64,000 bases of DNA from Octopus sinensis (GCF_006345805.1 NC_042997.1:11098001-11162000), one strand, 5' to 3'. Positions 26,065-41,160 are shown, counted from the stretch's first letter. Translations and numbers: made by a program. The notes: a model not told the origin generated them from the sequence alone.

Positions 26065-27493
26065 TAATAGTAATAATAAATCTTGAGATTTGAGAAGGCT
26101 TGTTATCACCAAACCTCAAGATAAAACGCCTGCTAATTAACGTAGCATGCACTAACGTAATAATAATAATAATATCGGCACAAGGCCTGAATTATGTGGA
26201 GTGGGGGTTAGTTAATTACATCGACCCCAGTGCTTCAACTGGTAATTTTTTTTTTTTTTTAAGTTTGGTCATCGACCCCGAAAGGATGAAAGGAAAAGTC
26301 TACCTCGGCGAAATTTGGACTTAGAACGTCAAGTCGGAAGAAATAGCGCTAAGCAGAATAACAATAACATTATCATCATTTAAACAGCAAGAAAAGAATA
26401 TCAGCCACAACAACAACAGCAAATAAACCTTACCTTCGACCAGCTCTGTTGTCTAAACATTGTTGTAGAGTTTTGTTAAAATTCTCTCAACTATTATTAT
26501 TTTTTTTTAAAATCTTTGAAAAGAAATGTGGCAATGTTAGTCTATCTTCTGTGACAGACAATACGCAACCGGCTATTTATGTCTTGAAGAGTAAAAATCA
26601 CCAAGACAATCTCTCGGAAACTGCCAAGCACCTTTTCTCTTCTCTCCCTCTCTCTTTCTCTCTCTCTCTCTATTATCCAAGCAGAGAATATTGGTTTGTT
26701 TGTCTGATTATTTCAGTCGGTCACTTTGCGGCAATCGACTTTTTTTTTCTTTCTTTTTTTTTTGTGGTGTTGAGGGGGTGTTTTCTTCGTCACTGGTTTG
26801 ATGCGATGGTGTGCTGGATGATTCGATGTCTATGTTCGAACAGGCAGAAGAAGAAAAAAAAAAAGATAGGGAAGAAAGTAAAAAAAAAAAATGAATAGGT
26901 TTGTGTTTTTATGTTGAAAAAGCTTTAGAGTATGTAGCTAAATATATATATAGTTTAAAACATTTCTAAAGAGTGTGTTTGGCTGCTGTTGTTGGACGCC
27001 TAACTGATGCAGCAAAATTAAGCAATATAGATTACGCTGGGGACGACAGTGTTGATGTTGGTGATGTTGGTAATGACGTCGACAGCGATGTTGACGTTGA
27101 TGATGTATGTTAGAGCTACTATTGCTGCTTGTAACTGATGTTAATACCTCTGTCTGTTGCTGTTGCCCGTCCACTCGATGCGACGATAATGCTGGTAAAG
27201 CAGACGAAGGAATACGTTAGCATTCACTATTTGTACCATTGGCGTAAGAAGCATCTATTGGCAGCTTATCAAATATAGTAAATAGCAATAACAGTAACAG
27301 TAACAACGATGACAATGATACTGATGATGTGAAAGAGGGGGGGAGGGGGAATTTCTTTATTTTTGCCACAAGAGCACCATAATCAGAAGACATTAATGTA
27401 CAATTTTAATATAAGTAAAATCTTTTCGCGGGGCGGGTGTGTGTACAAAGTCATATAACATTTAGCATCAAAACAAAATACACAATTAAAAAA

Positions 27494-27848
27494 ATGTGTG
27501 TATGTATGTATGTATGTATGTGTGTGTGTATGTATGTATGTGTGTGTATGTATGTATGTATGTGTGTATGTATGTATGTATGTGTGTGTATGTATGTGTG
27601 TGTATGTATGTAGTATGTATGTATGTATGTATGTGTGTATGTATGTGTGTGTATGTATGTGTGTATGTATGTATGTATGTGTATGTATGTGTGTGTATGT
27701 ATGTATGTGTATGTGTATGTATGTATGTATGTATGTATGTATGTATGTGTATGTATGTATGTATGTGTATGTGTGTGTATGTATGTATGTATGTATGTAT
27801 GTATGTATGTGTGTATGTGTGTATGTATGTATGTATGTATGTATGTAT
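27494..27848 (+). repeat. (TATG)n/(TG)n compound microsatellite
   Basis: Direct reading. Confidence 0.95.
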
Positions 27849-28019
27849 GGGCACACGTCTGAATGTGTAATTAGACAGTTCGCTTCGCAAACAAGTGGTT
27901 CTGGATTCCATCTCACCGTGCGACTCTGGGTTAATAATACCTTGTAGAATTTAGTAGACGGAAACTGCGCAGAAACCCGTCGTGTAAACATGCATACATG
28001 CAGCATCCATGCATGCAGT

Positions 28020-28108
<89 letters not shown>

Positions 28109-28274
28109 GTGTATGTGTGTGTATACATACATATGTACACGCGCGCACATACACATATATACACAGGTTAGGTATTAAAGATGAAAGTACCGCAACATAT
28201 GCAGGAACAAAAATATTTAACAGGTAAACTGAGCACCGTATTAGAGATTTGTAAATGTAGATTACCGTCGAATT

Positions 28275-28345
<71 letters not shown>

Positions 28346-28830
28346 GTCTGTCTGTCTGTCTGTCTATCTTTCTTTTTTTCTATCTATCTATCTATCTATC
28401 TATCTGTCTGTCTATCTTCTTTTTTTTCTATCTATCTGTCTGTCTGTCTATCTTTCTTTTTTTCTATCTATGTGTCTGTCTGTCTATTTTTCTTTTTTTC
28501 TATCTATCTATCTGTCTGTCTGTCTATCTTTCTTTTTTTCTATCTATCTGTCTGTCTGTCTATCTTTCTTTTTTTCTATCTATCTGTCTGTCTGTCTATC
28601 TTTCTTTTTTTCTATCTATCTATCTGTCTGTCTGTCTATCTATCTTTCTTTTTTTCTATCTATCTATCTATCTTTCTTTTTTTCTATCTATCTGTCTGTA
28701 TGTCTATCTTTCTTTTTTTCTATCTATCTATCTGTCTGTCTGTCTATCTTTCTTTTTTTCTATCTATCTGTCTGTCTGTCTATCTTTCTTTTTTTCTATC
28801 TATCTGTCTGTCTGTCTATCTTTCTTTTTT

Positions 28831-28884
<54 letters not shown>

Positions 28885-28925
28885 AGTCTGTCTCTCAGTC
28901 TGCCTGTCTCCTGTCTATCCTACCA
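28275..28925 (+). repeat. Tetranucleotide microsatellite with higher-order unit (TCTA/TCTG/TCTT-TTTT, about 32-40 bp)
   Basis: Direct reading. Confidence 0.92.
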
Positions 28926-30692
28926 ACTAAACAGACAAATTCACAGGCAGACTTGTAAGTGGGTAGATAGTTAGGCAGGTAAGGTGGGCAGATATACAAA
29001 AATACCTGCTTTCATTTATCCATGTTTGCAATGTTTGTATGTATGTATGTATGTATGTATGTATGTATGTATGTATGTATGTATGTATGTATGTATGTAT
29101 GTGCGTATGTATGTCTATCGTTCAACATTGCACTAGCTTACATGTAGGACCGTTCTTTGTCTCCGTCTTGTTTTGCACATATCTGAATATTCATTCTGTT
29201 TTGTCTATACAACTTATTTCGAACTAGCAGTGCTCATTGATTCTGTCAGACCAAGGAATGGCAGATCACCCTGACCTCGAAACATATTCCTGTTTATAGA
29301 CACGGCGACTAATCTTCTGAGGCGTAGCCAGGTTTTACAGTTAAGGGAAGTGAGCGAGTTAAAAAAAAAAGACGCCGTGGCACATATCAAATAATTTTTT
29401 ACTCTTTTCTCTTATATTACACGAAATAATTCATCAGTTACAACATACATAATTGTAATCTTTCATTAATTTCATGCTTCAATAACAATGTCATTAAGTA
29501 TAAAACCTACAATTACTGGTATGAAAAGAAACTCCACCCGACCGTCCTGTGTCACGAACAGCCACCAGTACATCACTGGAGATTGAGCAGACAATTCAAA
29601 AACACATGAGGTTGGTCAAATAAAGTAATAACTGCAGACAGTTCATCCAAGGCCATGAGATTAACATAAAAAAAAAGAGGTTCGACTTTGTATCGCACAA
29701 GTGAACTAAAGAGTTAAAAGAAATTGTCGAAAAGACGCCAATTTTGACAAAATGTGCTCGGTGGGAGAAACGGTCGCTCCCCTATTAGCTGCACCACTGG
29801 CTGTCAAAAGCCGTTTCGGTGAAATGTTATCGAAAAACCTGCATATTTGTATTACAAGTCAATCTTTGTCCGACAGAAAGAATATTGTAGTTTTGTTAAA
29901 ATTTTGCGTATCTGTAATCCAAGCCCAGTGAACAACTTTTGTTCCTTCAAATCCCCAAACATATCCATTTCAGTCGTAATACACAACCTTCATGAATTTT
30001 GGCATAGACGAAGTAATCAAGAGACATTCTCACAATTAGCACTCAGCAGAGCTACCACCTCTAAAGCACCAATTATGAATATCCACTCTATTTGACTGGT
30101 TTCTATCATTCACTTTTATTTGCCTTTAAAATTTATCTATGCCAGGAACATGTTCAGCTACCAATAACTGTATCTGATTAAAAATAAACCTAAGTTGAAT
30201 GTACAGTCCACAAACTTGTGATCTGAATAACTCTCTATATGAAATTGTGGACAGCATGCATTGTTCTTCTTATTCCGCTAACTTAAAGAAAATTTAATCT
30301 AAACAGAATGGAGGTGATTGAGTGCGCTTTGATCATGTCCACAATAGTACATTTGGTTAGTCTAGCAGATATCTTTCAGAAAACTAAAAATGTCTGAGCA
30401 AAGTATAAGAGTCTTCTGCATCATCTACTATAGGTCCAATGTGCATTCACATCTGTCACCAAGAAAAACTAACGAGTGAAATGTTCCCGAAAATGTTCTG
30501 GCACCCGAAAAAGTCAATACATCTAGTACGTGAAGAGGTATAAACAGCTACCAGCCTTGACAAAATGTTTTGGTTACTCTTTAAATTTGCTACACCAATT
30601 TGCCTTCTGGCTCAAAAAGTATAGCCTGACCTTCCCAAACTAATGCTGCAGCACCTTTCGAACAAGAATAATCGATATAGACGTAAAGATAA

Positions 30693-31398
30693 TTATTATT
30701 CAACAAGAGAGTGGATGACTGCATCTCAAAAACCTGGTCTCTGTGATAGTTCCTGCACATCCTGAGTTAGGAAATGTTCAAGGAAACCAGCTGGGTCTGC
30801 TTCAAACAATGTCAAATTTTCCCGTGATGTGATCAGCGTCGCCCGCTTTTGAACAGGTATCAGAAGACGTGGCGCCCACCGAGCAGAAACCTATGTCGTG
30901 CCAAGTTCATTGTGCAGAATATTGTCAACCCTCTCTCGGAATATGCTAACAGCATTGGCTATTTGATTTATAGTCAATCGTCTGTCACCCATCACCATGC
31001 AGTGAACACGATTGATGTTTTCCAGTTGCAAAACGTCCAGACCTAGGGCCATCTCCTAGACTCTCTGTTCCCCTCTTAAATTTAGCTGCCCACTTTTGCA
31101 CTGTTAATAAAGCTAGAGCGCTATCTCCTATTATAGCAACCATGTCAGTGTGAAAGTCTTTGTGGGCTGAACCATTTTTCTGTAGGTACTTGATAACGCT
31201 ACAATACCAACTGTTGTCCAGTTTCGAGAGAAGTCGCTACTAGTAATTTTTTAAGTCTTCTTTGAACAGTCAGATGGAAGTTTACCTGGAAAGAAATAAA
31301 GCAGTTATTAATAAGAGCTGAAATTAATGCATGCAAGATTTCACAGCTCTATCTTCATTCTTTCATAGTCAGCTTATAAACTTTTTAGTCCACCCTTG
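30693..31398 (-). mobile_element. mariner transposon, 5' half relic
   Basis: TIR-like (TA)CAAGGGTGGACTAAAAAG at 31398. Peptides SVIKYLQK..HKDFHTDMVAIIGDSA..TVQKWAAKFKRG..SLGDGPRSGR, DRRLTINQIA, VSARWAPRLL and FLEHFLTQD. Confidence 0.85.
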
Positions 31399-32249
31399 TA
31401 TTTACTAAAAAATATTTCTTCCCTCACAGTCCTAGGCTTGCATAATCCCTAACATAAACATAAGTAAGGCCCTTATATGATTTTATCACAGGATTTTAAG
31501 AACCTGGAAATATATACAGCAGAATATATTGTTTTAACAGTATTCTGCCTTTATATTTAGAGAAATGCCTCTATGAAGTTCCCTCTTTCTATGTATTTAA
31601 ATTTTTTTTTTTTTTAATTCTGTATGTTAATCATCTTTAACAGCTAAAGAGAAGTGTTGTGGTGGTCGACAGGGTTCTTGTTTTGTCGGTAGTGTCTGAA
31701 AATCTTGCAACATTTCACTAGCCAACGAAGGAGCTTTTACGTCGCAGGCAGGGAACCACTCACCTACTTTCAAATTTGAAATTTACCCGCTGACCAAATT
31801 CTCCAAAAACCCATATTAAAAGAAGTTTAATCCTTAAGACCAAAACAGTTTGATTTAAGTTGCTTTCACCTTATATTAAATTACTATTTTGGTCTTTATG
31901 AAAGGCATAAACAAATTTCTGTAGTCATGATTGTTTTGTCAATAATCATGAGTCGGAATACGTACGAAATGGTGACGTAATAGTCACATAGTTATTATAG
32001 TCAATTAACATTTAGCATTTGTACCCTATCCTTTATCCCTACTCCACTTATAGGTTATTATTCCATCTTATTACGAATTATAGTCAGTGTGAATTTAGGT
32101 TTTGTGTAGGTTAGGAGCTGTTTCTTGTGTGTGAATGGTTTGGCCAGGACAAGTTCTACGCGATGACTATGATCAATGCGGTCAATGATCCCTGAACAGT
32201 TGAAAGCTTAAAACTGTAGGAAAGGTCAACGGAATTCTAGAGGACAGTC

Positions 32250-33000
32250 GTTATGGGGAGAAATGACTGGATATAGTAATAAGAGATGATTCTCGGGTGT
32301 ATACAAAATGAATGATGAGAAGGGAGAGACTGGTAAATCAGGCTCTCTGAACCAGCCACCTCTGGCAAGCAGACGTCACTATATTAACGATGGAATAAGC
32401 AAAGTCGAGTGGCCATTCCTAGGTTGCTGTCTTGGATGACTAAATGTACACCAGCAGCAGTATACCGTCCGAGATTTAGAAATTGTGAACCTCAATTGAG
32501 CTTTGTAAAGGGTTTGTAGTTGTAGATTACCGAATTATTTTCCAACCAGGAAGAGGAAGGTCAGTTTTCGTGTTGCAATTTTGATGTATCAAGTATGTGC
32601 GTTTACTAGGAAAAAACATCTTTGATAAATTTGTAGTGATCTTCAGAGCGTTACAAATGCTAAGTTGTTCTTGTTTACTTGTGCACTCTGATGTTTAGAT
32701 ATTATTTTCTTGACATGTACAATGATTGTATCTTTTCGCGTTTGAAAGATACTGGATTGACATAACAGTATTGGAGTATGTTTTCGAGGTATCTGTGCAG
32801 GGTTGATTTGAGGTGCTTAGACTGAATGTAAGTGCAGAAAGTTAGAGAAATGAAAGGTAATATCATCTGTATAGGATTGGATGTGTTATTTGAGGTGATG
32901 GCAAACAGATCGTTGATGTATAGGATAAAGTGTGTGTGAGCTCAAAACCAAACTTTGGGGAACACCAGAGTTGATAGAGTATCAGTCAGAGATCTCCATC
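32250..33000 (-). mobile_element. CR1/Jockey-type LINE RT relic
   Basis: INSGVPQ, YINDL..ITSN, YTDD and LYKAQ motifs in decayed frames. Confidence 0.6.
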
Positions 33001-33229
33001 AGAACATTGTGCAATGGTGTGATCTGGCCAAAAGCCACTAATTCAAGAGACGACAGACGGATCAAGATGATATGTTACGTCATTACAAATTAAGCACAAT
33101 ATTTTTTTAATGGTAGCAAAATTTACAATTCATTTGTTTGATTTTTTTGTGAAATGCATGAAAGTAAAACCGTCTGCTAATAATGAAAAAAGAGTTACCT
33201 GTGAAAGTTCTTTGTTCGATTATGGTTAA

Positions 33230-34864
33230 TCTCTTATTATAAAAGGCAGATTTTATCTGCCTCCCTTTGTAACTTATAGAAATCTACAATATAGGATTTC
33301 TTCAATTACAATTTACCTAGCATTTTTAAGAGTAGAATGCATCGGGTCATGCCAGGTCCAGTTTTTAAAATTTAAACTCCAATTAAGCAAAATTTACAGA
33401 AAACTCACATTCTGGTGTGTATGTCAAATGCTTTTCTTAATGTGGTTTACACCACACGCACACGCACACACACAGTGTGCAACGAATAAAATGAAAGTAA
33501 ATAGCGACAGAGTGATTTGAGGAAGACTAAACTGAAAGTATTTAAACCACTACTCAAAAAATAAAAAAACACAGCAAACAGAAACAAATAAATACATAAC
33601 GATTTACACAATTTCTTCAATTAGAGTTTACCTAAGATTTTTCCATTCGGTCATGCCATAATATATTTCTTTCAATTTCACCCCCAATTAAGACAAAATT
33701 CGAGAAAACTCAATATTTTAACATTTCACTCCGAAAGCATTGATGTACATGTGTGCGTGCGTGAGTGTGTGTGTGTTTGATGGGTTGTGCGACACAGAAA
33801 GTGTGGTGTGTAAGTGAAGTGCTTTTGTTAGTGTGTGTAAAGAGACAGACAGAGTGAAAGACAGAAATAACTGAACTTTTTTTATTCACTTTTTGTAGTG
33901 AGTGACTGGGAGAGAAAAGAGAGAGAGAGGTTATGTATGTATATATGTATGTATGGCTTCAGTGACACACACACACAAAAACACATACCTACGTACACCT
34001 AAAGCACGCACACACACACACACAAGCGGAGCGCGAACTTCAAAATTTTGGTAGTATTAATTTGCGAGCGTACTTCTAAGCGCGCGTAATTGAAAGTTTT
34101 CACTATGATATCATCACGTGCGAAAAAATTCGAAGGGTTTTGAACAATTGAGATACACATGTCACGCCTGTATTGAAACCATTGCTAAGCTTCCGTAATT
34201 GCTTCATTAAGACTTTGTTTAAATTGAAAGGGGCAAATATGTGACGAGGTTGAAAAAAAATACCCCAGAAAAAAAAATGTACTGCTGGTATTTATATAAT
34301 TCACTACTATTTTGCTACAATGTCATGAAAAAGAAAAAATTTAGGTATGTAAATCGAATTCGCCACCCCCCTTTTCCCCGTTCGCGTTGTGTAAAAAAAA
34401 TTATTATTTAAGTTTTAAAAATTATTTACTTTGTTCAAAAAATATTAATATTAATTAATTTTCAAGAATTATTTAATTTTATTCTGTAAAATAGTAATTA
34501 ATTCATTTATCTGTAAATCCGCGAGGTTGTTACTCAGGCACCTACAATGGTAACCTTCAACTAACACTATCTCCTCCGAGACCCTGCGGCGCAAGTTGAC
34601 CAAAATGAGAGTATGGTAGAAGAAGGGTTGCTCTTCCTTCCGTAGAACTAAAATTCAAATCGGACCATGTTAACACCAAAAATTATTTACATCAAAAAGA
34701 TGCTTTTTTCTATGAAAATCCCTATTTTTTACGATTTTTTCACTGCTGTGTCGCCACTTTTCGGTGTATTTCGACCAGAAAAATGTTCACAAAATTTTTA
34801 CTTTTCAAAATTACAATTCCAGCGGGTCGAAACAAACCCGAGCAACGCCGGGCGATACTGCTAG
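33230..34864 (+). mobile_element. Non-autonomous Helitron
   Basis: A|TC start, subterminal hairpin CCCG-AGCAACGC-CGGG, CTAG|T end, no TSD. Confidence 0.8.
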
Positions 34865-36037
34865 TCTTATATACAAATGGCAATTTCTGTCTGTCTGTTA
34901 CCATCATAGTGCCTAAACTAGCGAATCAATATTCACGAAACTTTGCATACATGATGCACTAACACCCAGTTCAATAATAGGCTAATTGGATTTCAATATA
35001 AATCTATACTGTGTCCCCCAGTGGGGTTGGGCGAATTGTATGATGAAATGAGAAAGGTACAAAAAATATAGGTCTGAAGGAAACGCAATAGCAGAGTCCG
35101 AGTAACTTATATCAGGGAAGGTGAGAACAACGTTATGTAAGCGACAAATATTAAATGGCAGTGGGATGGTAACGTTAATACAGTTGTCATATACACGCGA
35201 CACTGCATACATACTTTCGTAAATAAATAGATACAACGCACACACACACACAAAGGTGGGTGTGAGAAATACGAAGCTTTAAGGAGATAAGGGGTAGGTG
35301 GATTTTCTGATGTCCATCGCAAAGAAACACTCACACACAGTCAGACACATACATACATATATGTACATATGTACACCCATACATACATACACATACATAA
35401 TAGATACATACATTTGTCTACTATACACCATTTTAAACTCATGATTTTCTGTGTACATTTGTAAATGTGTCTGTGTATGAGACGTCCTATAATTGTCTGT
35501 CTCTCTACTGTTGCTATCATACATGGTGAGATTTTAAAATTACGTCAATATTTTCAAATTTAGTATATTGAAATAATTTTCCATGTTAAATCCGATTTTG
35601 TTATTTATTTGTTCCCAAAAAAATTGCAGAAAAATGTTACTGAGGTTTAAAGTTTAATCAGTTTTACCTATTCAGAAAACAGAATTTGGAAGCTGAATTT
35701 TCTGCATGATAGCTGTCTATCACGAATTTGAAAGCAAAATCATTAGGAGGAGGAATTTTTATTAAACAAACGAAAGCAAAACATTATGATGATCAAAGTT
35801 GTAAGAAATTCTGCAGTCGTAATGAATAAAGTCATGTGAAACGGTCGGACAGACATGTAAATAATTCAAAAAGAAAGAAATCCTCAACGAAGTTTTTTTG
35901 CCAAAAATTGCACAAATCTGTTCTGATCAAATGGCCTCTCTGTCGGGGGAAAGTATGGTCTGACTTGGAATGAACAAAAATTTATATAAAACATTCTATT
36001 GTAAAAGTTGCCTGGCAATGACGGGCCATTCAGCTAC
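34865..36037 (+). mobile_element. Second, older non-autonomous Helitron abutting the first
   Basis: Starts TCTTATATACAAATGG..TGTCTGTCTG directly after the CTAG. Degenerate 3' end CCTGGCAATGACGGG..CAGCTAC|T. Confidence 0.55.
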
Positions 36038-36059
36038 TAAGTAGAGAGATAATTATTTT

Positions 36060-36360
36060 TTCATGAAAGTAAATGGACGTTGTATGTTCCTTATTTATAA
36101 GAATTCAATTGTCCAAGCATAAGGAATACGAAAAACAGAGAGGGACTCTGAATTTAAACAAGCTAACATTTTTACTCTCTGTTTATCCTGTGAAAAACTT
36201 AGCAGTTAAGTTATGGACGATGCGCCGTCTGTGGTAGTGTTTCAAAAAAGACTTGTTGCTTTAATCAAAGAAGAATTGAAGAATCGTCAATTGAATCTGA
36301 ATTTCTTAATTGTGTCATTGTCTTATCAACATACTTTATGTGCATCGTCTTTATGAAGGA
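36060..36360 (+). mobile_element. hAT transposase relic (GTF2IRD2/SPIN-like)
   Basis: DDAPSVV..QKRLVALIKEE followed by a degenerate HCxIHQxxLCA-like segment. Confidence 0.45.
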
Positions 36361-39300
36361 TCAATGGAATCCAAATGATAGCAAAATGTATGACTTCATC
36401 ATAAATAAAAGGTTAAACAACAAAATTCAGAGTACCACAAGGTAGAATACGGTGATTTATTGTGCCATTGAGAGATTCGCTGGTTAAGCAATCGCCGTGG
36501 ATATTTAAGACATTTTTGTTCGGGGATTGGAGGACCAAAAGAAGGTTATGTGAATAGATATTTTGGAATCGTTATTGCTTGCAACTGCATCAAACAAGCT
36601 CATTGCCTCCCTTCTTGCCAATATTAGGAACTTTGAATCAATTCCGCAGATATTCATAATTCAAATTAAAAATAAAAACTCTGCATAATAAATCATCCGC
36701 TACTGAAAGAAGATAAACTTGAATCGATGATGGTGTATGTTTATAGAGGGTTTCTGTCTTCTGGATTAATTTCAAAAGCAGTTTCGAGATTTTCATACTA
36801 AAAATTCTTTTTGGCACCATGCCAGAAGCAGATCCTGATTTCTTTCAACATTTTATGAGACTGGTCAGTTCTCATACGATTCTACATGAGGACTAGTTAG
36901 AAAGTGTTATTTTGAAAGGGCATCAGATCCACATGCAGAAGGTTAGAAAGCCATCATTCTGCTTTGAAAGGACATACGTCTTTGACTGTGAGCAAAATTT
37001 ATAGTGAAGTCAGAAGATTCATGGCACAGATTGTCTTGCAAACAACTTGCACATGCAAGTGCTACCAGTTAAAAGCTCCGTATATCGGAAGCTAGCAAGT
37101 GTATGGGGTCATCAGGAGAGAATGCGCGCTGTTTGGGGGCCTACCTCTCGACGGCATCAATGCGCACCGGCCCCCCCCCCTCACTGATATGAGGACCCGC
37201 TTGCTAGATCAGCTGGTTATGAAGAACTCAATATACTTCTAGCCATCACTCATCGTCTCTTTTTAACCAAATCTAGTGGCTAGCCTTCTCCACTGTAGAT
37301 TGGATATCAGCCATGGTGGTATTGAACTTTACGATGAGTTAGGCCTAGCGATAACAACAGTCGTCTCACGCTGTGTCCTACAAACCCTCTACATCTTATA
37401 TCTGGTTCTTTCTGCAATGACCAATTATTGTTAAATTTCGGTTGTTAGTGAGTTATGAATGTAAAGAATGACAAACACAAAAATATTTTTAATAAATTCC
37501 GTGACACAAGACACGATAAATACGTAGATGTTTAAATTTAATAGCAATTACAGCATGGAAGATTCATTTTAGCCATTCAAAAACACACAAAAAATGTATT
37601 TTTCAATTGTTAAAATGCGTCTTCCACGTTTCAATTGCATTAGTTTCAACACACGGTCTCATATCAAATTACTTACCAGACACCTCCTAAATTTAATAGT
37701 TTATCCACATTTGAGAAATCACACATTGAAAATTGCAGCACACACCAATGTGAACGGTTTTTATCAATATAAAATTTAACCAAGAGTCACTTATGAGCTT
37801 GACTTACAGAAAAAAGATCTTGAAGACCAGCTAAGAATTACTGCGACATCTGTCCCATCTAACATCTGAGCTCTTCAAAGTAAAGTATAACTGAAGTATA
37901 ACTAAACTGCTCATTAAGGTACAAGTTTTCATTAAATATAAAATAATATTCTCAGTGGCGTCCGTGTGTTTCAGGATTTACATATAACAATATGAATAAT
38001 TAATGTTTTTCAACGTAATTGTGTGCATAATCATGAATTTGTAAAATTGAAAATTAATTATTTCTTATTCAGCGCAGATACACAGATTTTTATGCACTTG
38101 CAAGTCACCCCTTGGTATTAAAAGGTTCCCCCACCTTACATTTCTAGAGGATTGTTGCAAAATCTCCTGAAAAGAATAACTGACAATTCTCTCTTTAAAC
38201 ATCTTAAATTATGAATGTGATGAACACGTTAAACATGTAGTTCCAGACACAAAGATAAGTCATGGCTGTAACAACTTTGGTCATGGATCTGCTCAATTAG
38301 AACTGAATTAACCATCTTCTTGGACATGAGGATGAGACGTTTGGCTTGGCCGTCTTTTATCTGTTGCCACTTGTTACACAATTTTAGGCTTAGAGTTTTC
38401 CTCAGAAGAGTTGTAATATATTTGTGTTTGTCAGCGTCACATACTTTGGGGGAAAAAAACATATGGGACAGAAGGATGGTTTCTCTCGGTTCTACAAACA
38501 ATTGTAGAAAGTTAGGAAAATTTGTAATTCTGAGATATACATAGTTTGATTTACGTTGTTGTTTAGCACTAGATCAACACTAATCGAGTAGACCTGTGAT
38601 CAAAGACGTTCCGGCCCTGACCACCTCGTATTTTAGGGGTATGTAAGACTACATTATTTAATGTTCCCTGCTTTTATATTACAACTCTTAAGGTGTGATG
38701 TGAAAATCTGGCCTCTATTTCCAGCAAGTCAAGCGACCACATAGAGGCGCTCATGATGGCTTATGTTTTCAACTTCCATTGTTTTTTAGCACGCCGGACA
38801 AAATGCTTAGCAACATTTCGTCCATCTTCTCGTTTTGAATGCAAATTCCCCCAAGATCGACTTTGATTTCATCCTTTCGGGGTCAATAAAATAAGTACCA
38901 GTTGAGCACTGAATCGATGTAATCAACTAACCCCCATTTCCTAAAGGATTTCAGGCTTTGTGTATAAAAGACTATTAGCACTGCAGTTGCTGTTGTTATT
39001 GCTGTCGCTGCAGATGTAGTTGCTGCTGCTGCTATTATTGCAGCTGCCATTGTTATTTTTATTGCTGCGTTGGTATTGCTGCTTTTGATTTTCTTTAACA
39101 CAGTTGTTATTGCAATTATTGTTTCCGATATCGTGACGTCTCTAGAGAAGCCGTATTAATTTTGTTGTATAAAGTGCAATGTTGCTAAATTTGATTTTGT
39201 CCTTTTACTATTTTCATTTTCTGTCGGATTGAAAACTTTCTGCCTTACGTAATACATTTATACGGGTTCTTTCCATTCACTGCAATTCTTATTTCTTTTT

Positions 39301-40849
39301 CCTCTCCCTTCTTTGAAGAGAGGAAATTTTACAATATACAAGTTGCCATCCTGGATGTAATTAATATCTAGAATTCGTGCATCACTCAAAACCAGTTTCC
39401 TTGGGAGGATATTTTCACATCTATTACATTACTGTACTTTTCCAGCAGCCTGACGAGTTCAAAAATGGTAAAACATCATAAATTGTGGCTCCGACGTACA
39501 AGATCTTGTAGAGAATTGTCGATTCGGTTTAAATAAACTAGAATACTAGATAAAAGTTAAACCTGTTTTATTCAGATTCCCTACTGGTTGATAAATCAAA
39601 TTAACTATATTGACCACGATAAAATGTATATATGACGCAAGGCTTGGATCTAGTTCGTTTTATTCATAAAATCTGCACTTTTTTAAAAAAGGAAGTAAAA
39701 AATCTAAAAATCGGTTATATTGATGCTGTTTTCCACGCTTATTTCAGTGAATACATGAACTTGTGGGAAAAAATTTTGACGATAAAGTTACAGACGTTTA
39801 AAAATCGAAAAAAATTGTGTGTGGTTTTTTTGGGTTTTTTTTTTTTCTTTTTTAGCCAATAGTGAAACAGAAATTTTCTACATTGTAGCATTGTCAACTT
39901 TAAGGTCGTACCTTGTGAAATTTATAGTTTAGCGTCTGTGAAACAGTTGAAACTCTGGTTATGTCCATCATGTGTCACACTGATTCTGTCCCAGAATTAC
40001 ATTAAAGCCACATATATCTATGGAATACTCAGTCAAATTACACTATAATTAGATCCTGGACCCGTAATTAAAAGGCCAAGCCATATTACACTGGGTTGTA
40101 CTGATTCTACTTACGGATTATGTTGTGGGTACGTGTGTGTTGTGGTATACTCAGCCAGTTATATGTTAATATAATGTGAAACCATAAAACTTTAAGCTGA
40201 CAGAATCATCAGCACACTGAGCAAAATGCTTTACATTCTGAGTTCAAATTCCACCTCTGTGGAAAGCTTTGCTTTGCAAAGCTTTCGACTACGCCTGGCT
40301 CATGGATTCCTGTTAAAACTGCTCGCTGTTAAGTTTTATCCGTCTCTTGCTTCTTGGATCGGCAGCTTCCTATCATATCACACTATCGCAATGTAATAGG
40401 ATTCTCTCTGACCCAACCTCAATCAGCTTTGGCGTGCCCTAGAGTGATTAGAGTAGAATCAATAACACTAAGCAAATCATATGCGATAGAAAAATAGATT
40501 AGCTAAAGAGCAAAGGAACAAACTAGAAGACGTGATTAGGAAAATCATCACAACTGATGTGCTAGCAGCATGAATGGCCTTCAACCATTTCTTCAATCAA
40601 AACACGAAGATTGCACAAAGGTATGTGTGCAAAAACAAAACAAGAACAAAACCCACTCAATGGACCTAGGTGGTGAAGTATAATGTAATAAGAAAACCAC
40701 AATTTGGTCTTTCATGGACTGAGATGGGTACATGCTACTCAGTTCCAAGCAAATGTGTGAAATTTCCAGTTGCCCCATTGTTCAGTTGTGGGTGATGGAT
40801 CGAAGACGGTAGCTGACTTCAGTATCTACCTCGACAACCAATCATGACT

Positions 40850-41160
40850 CAGAAGAAGACTGAGATGTGGTGGAAACCGTTGACACCAACTGAGATATGG
40901 GTGGTGATGAGCGAATGCATAAAGGGCGAACTGTTGATTTGGATAGTTTGCCATACAAGCTTTATAAATACACATAAATACAGATTTATTTAGTGGCTTC
41001 TTGGCAGACTTTGAGCATAACTGACAGCAGAGGTTTAGTGCTGCAGAAAATGGATTCCAACAGGTGGAATGTAATTGATAACTTCTGGCCCATAATTGTA
41101 GAATGCAGCACTTAAAATTGTGGCCAAAGTAGTTAATGGACTGGTGGTTGACAAAATCTG
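40850..41160 (+). mobile_element. L1/Tx1-type RT relic
   Basis: LDSLPYKLY (cf. GLDGLPYEFY) and NFWPII..AALKIVAKVV (cf. NWRPITLLNTDYKILAKVL). Confidence 0.45.

Noticed and set aside
27383-28958. Many 120-250-aa ORFs rich in YI/HT/CM/LS repeats (also 24800..25400, 47874..48538)
   Set aside because: Microsatellite translations.
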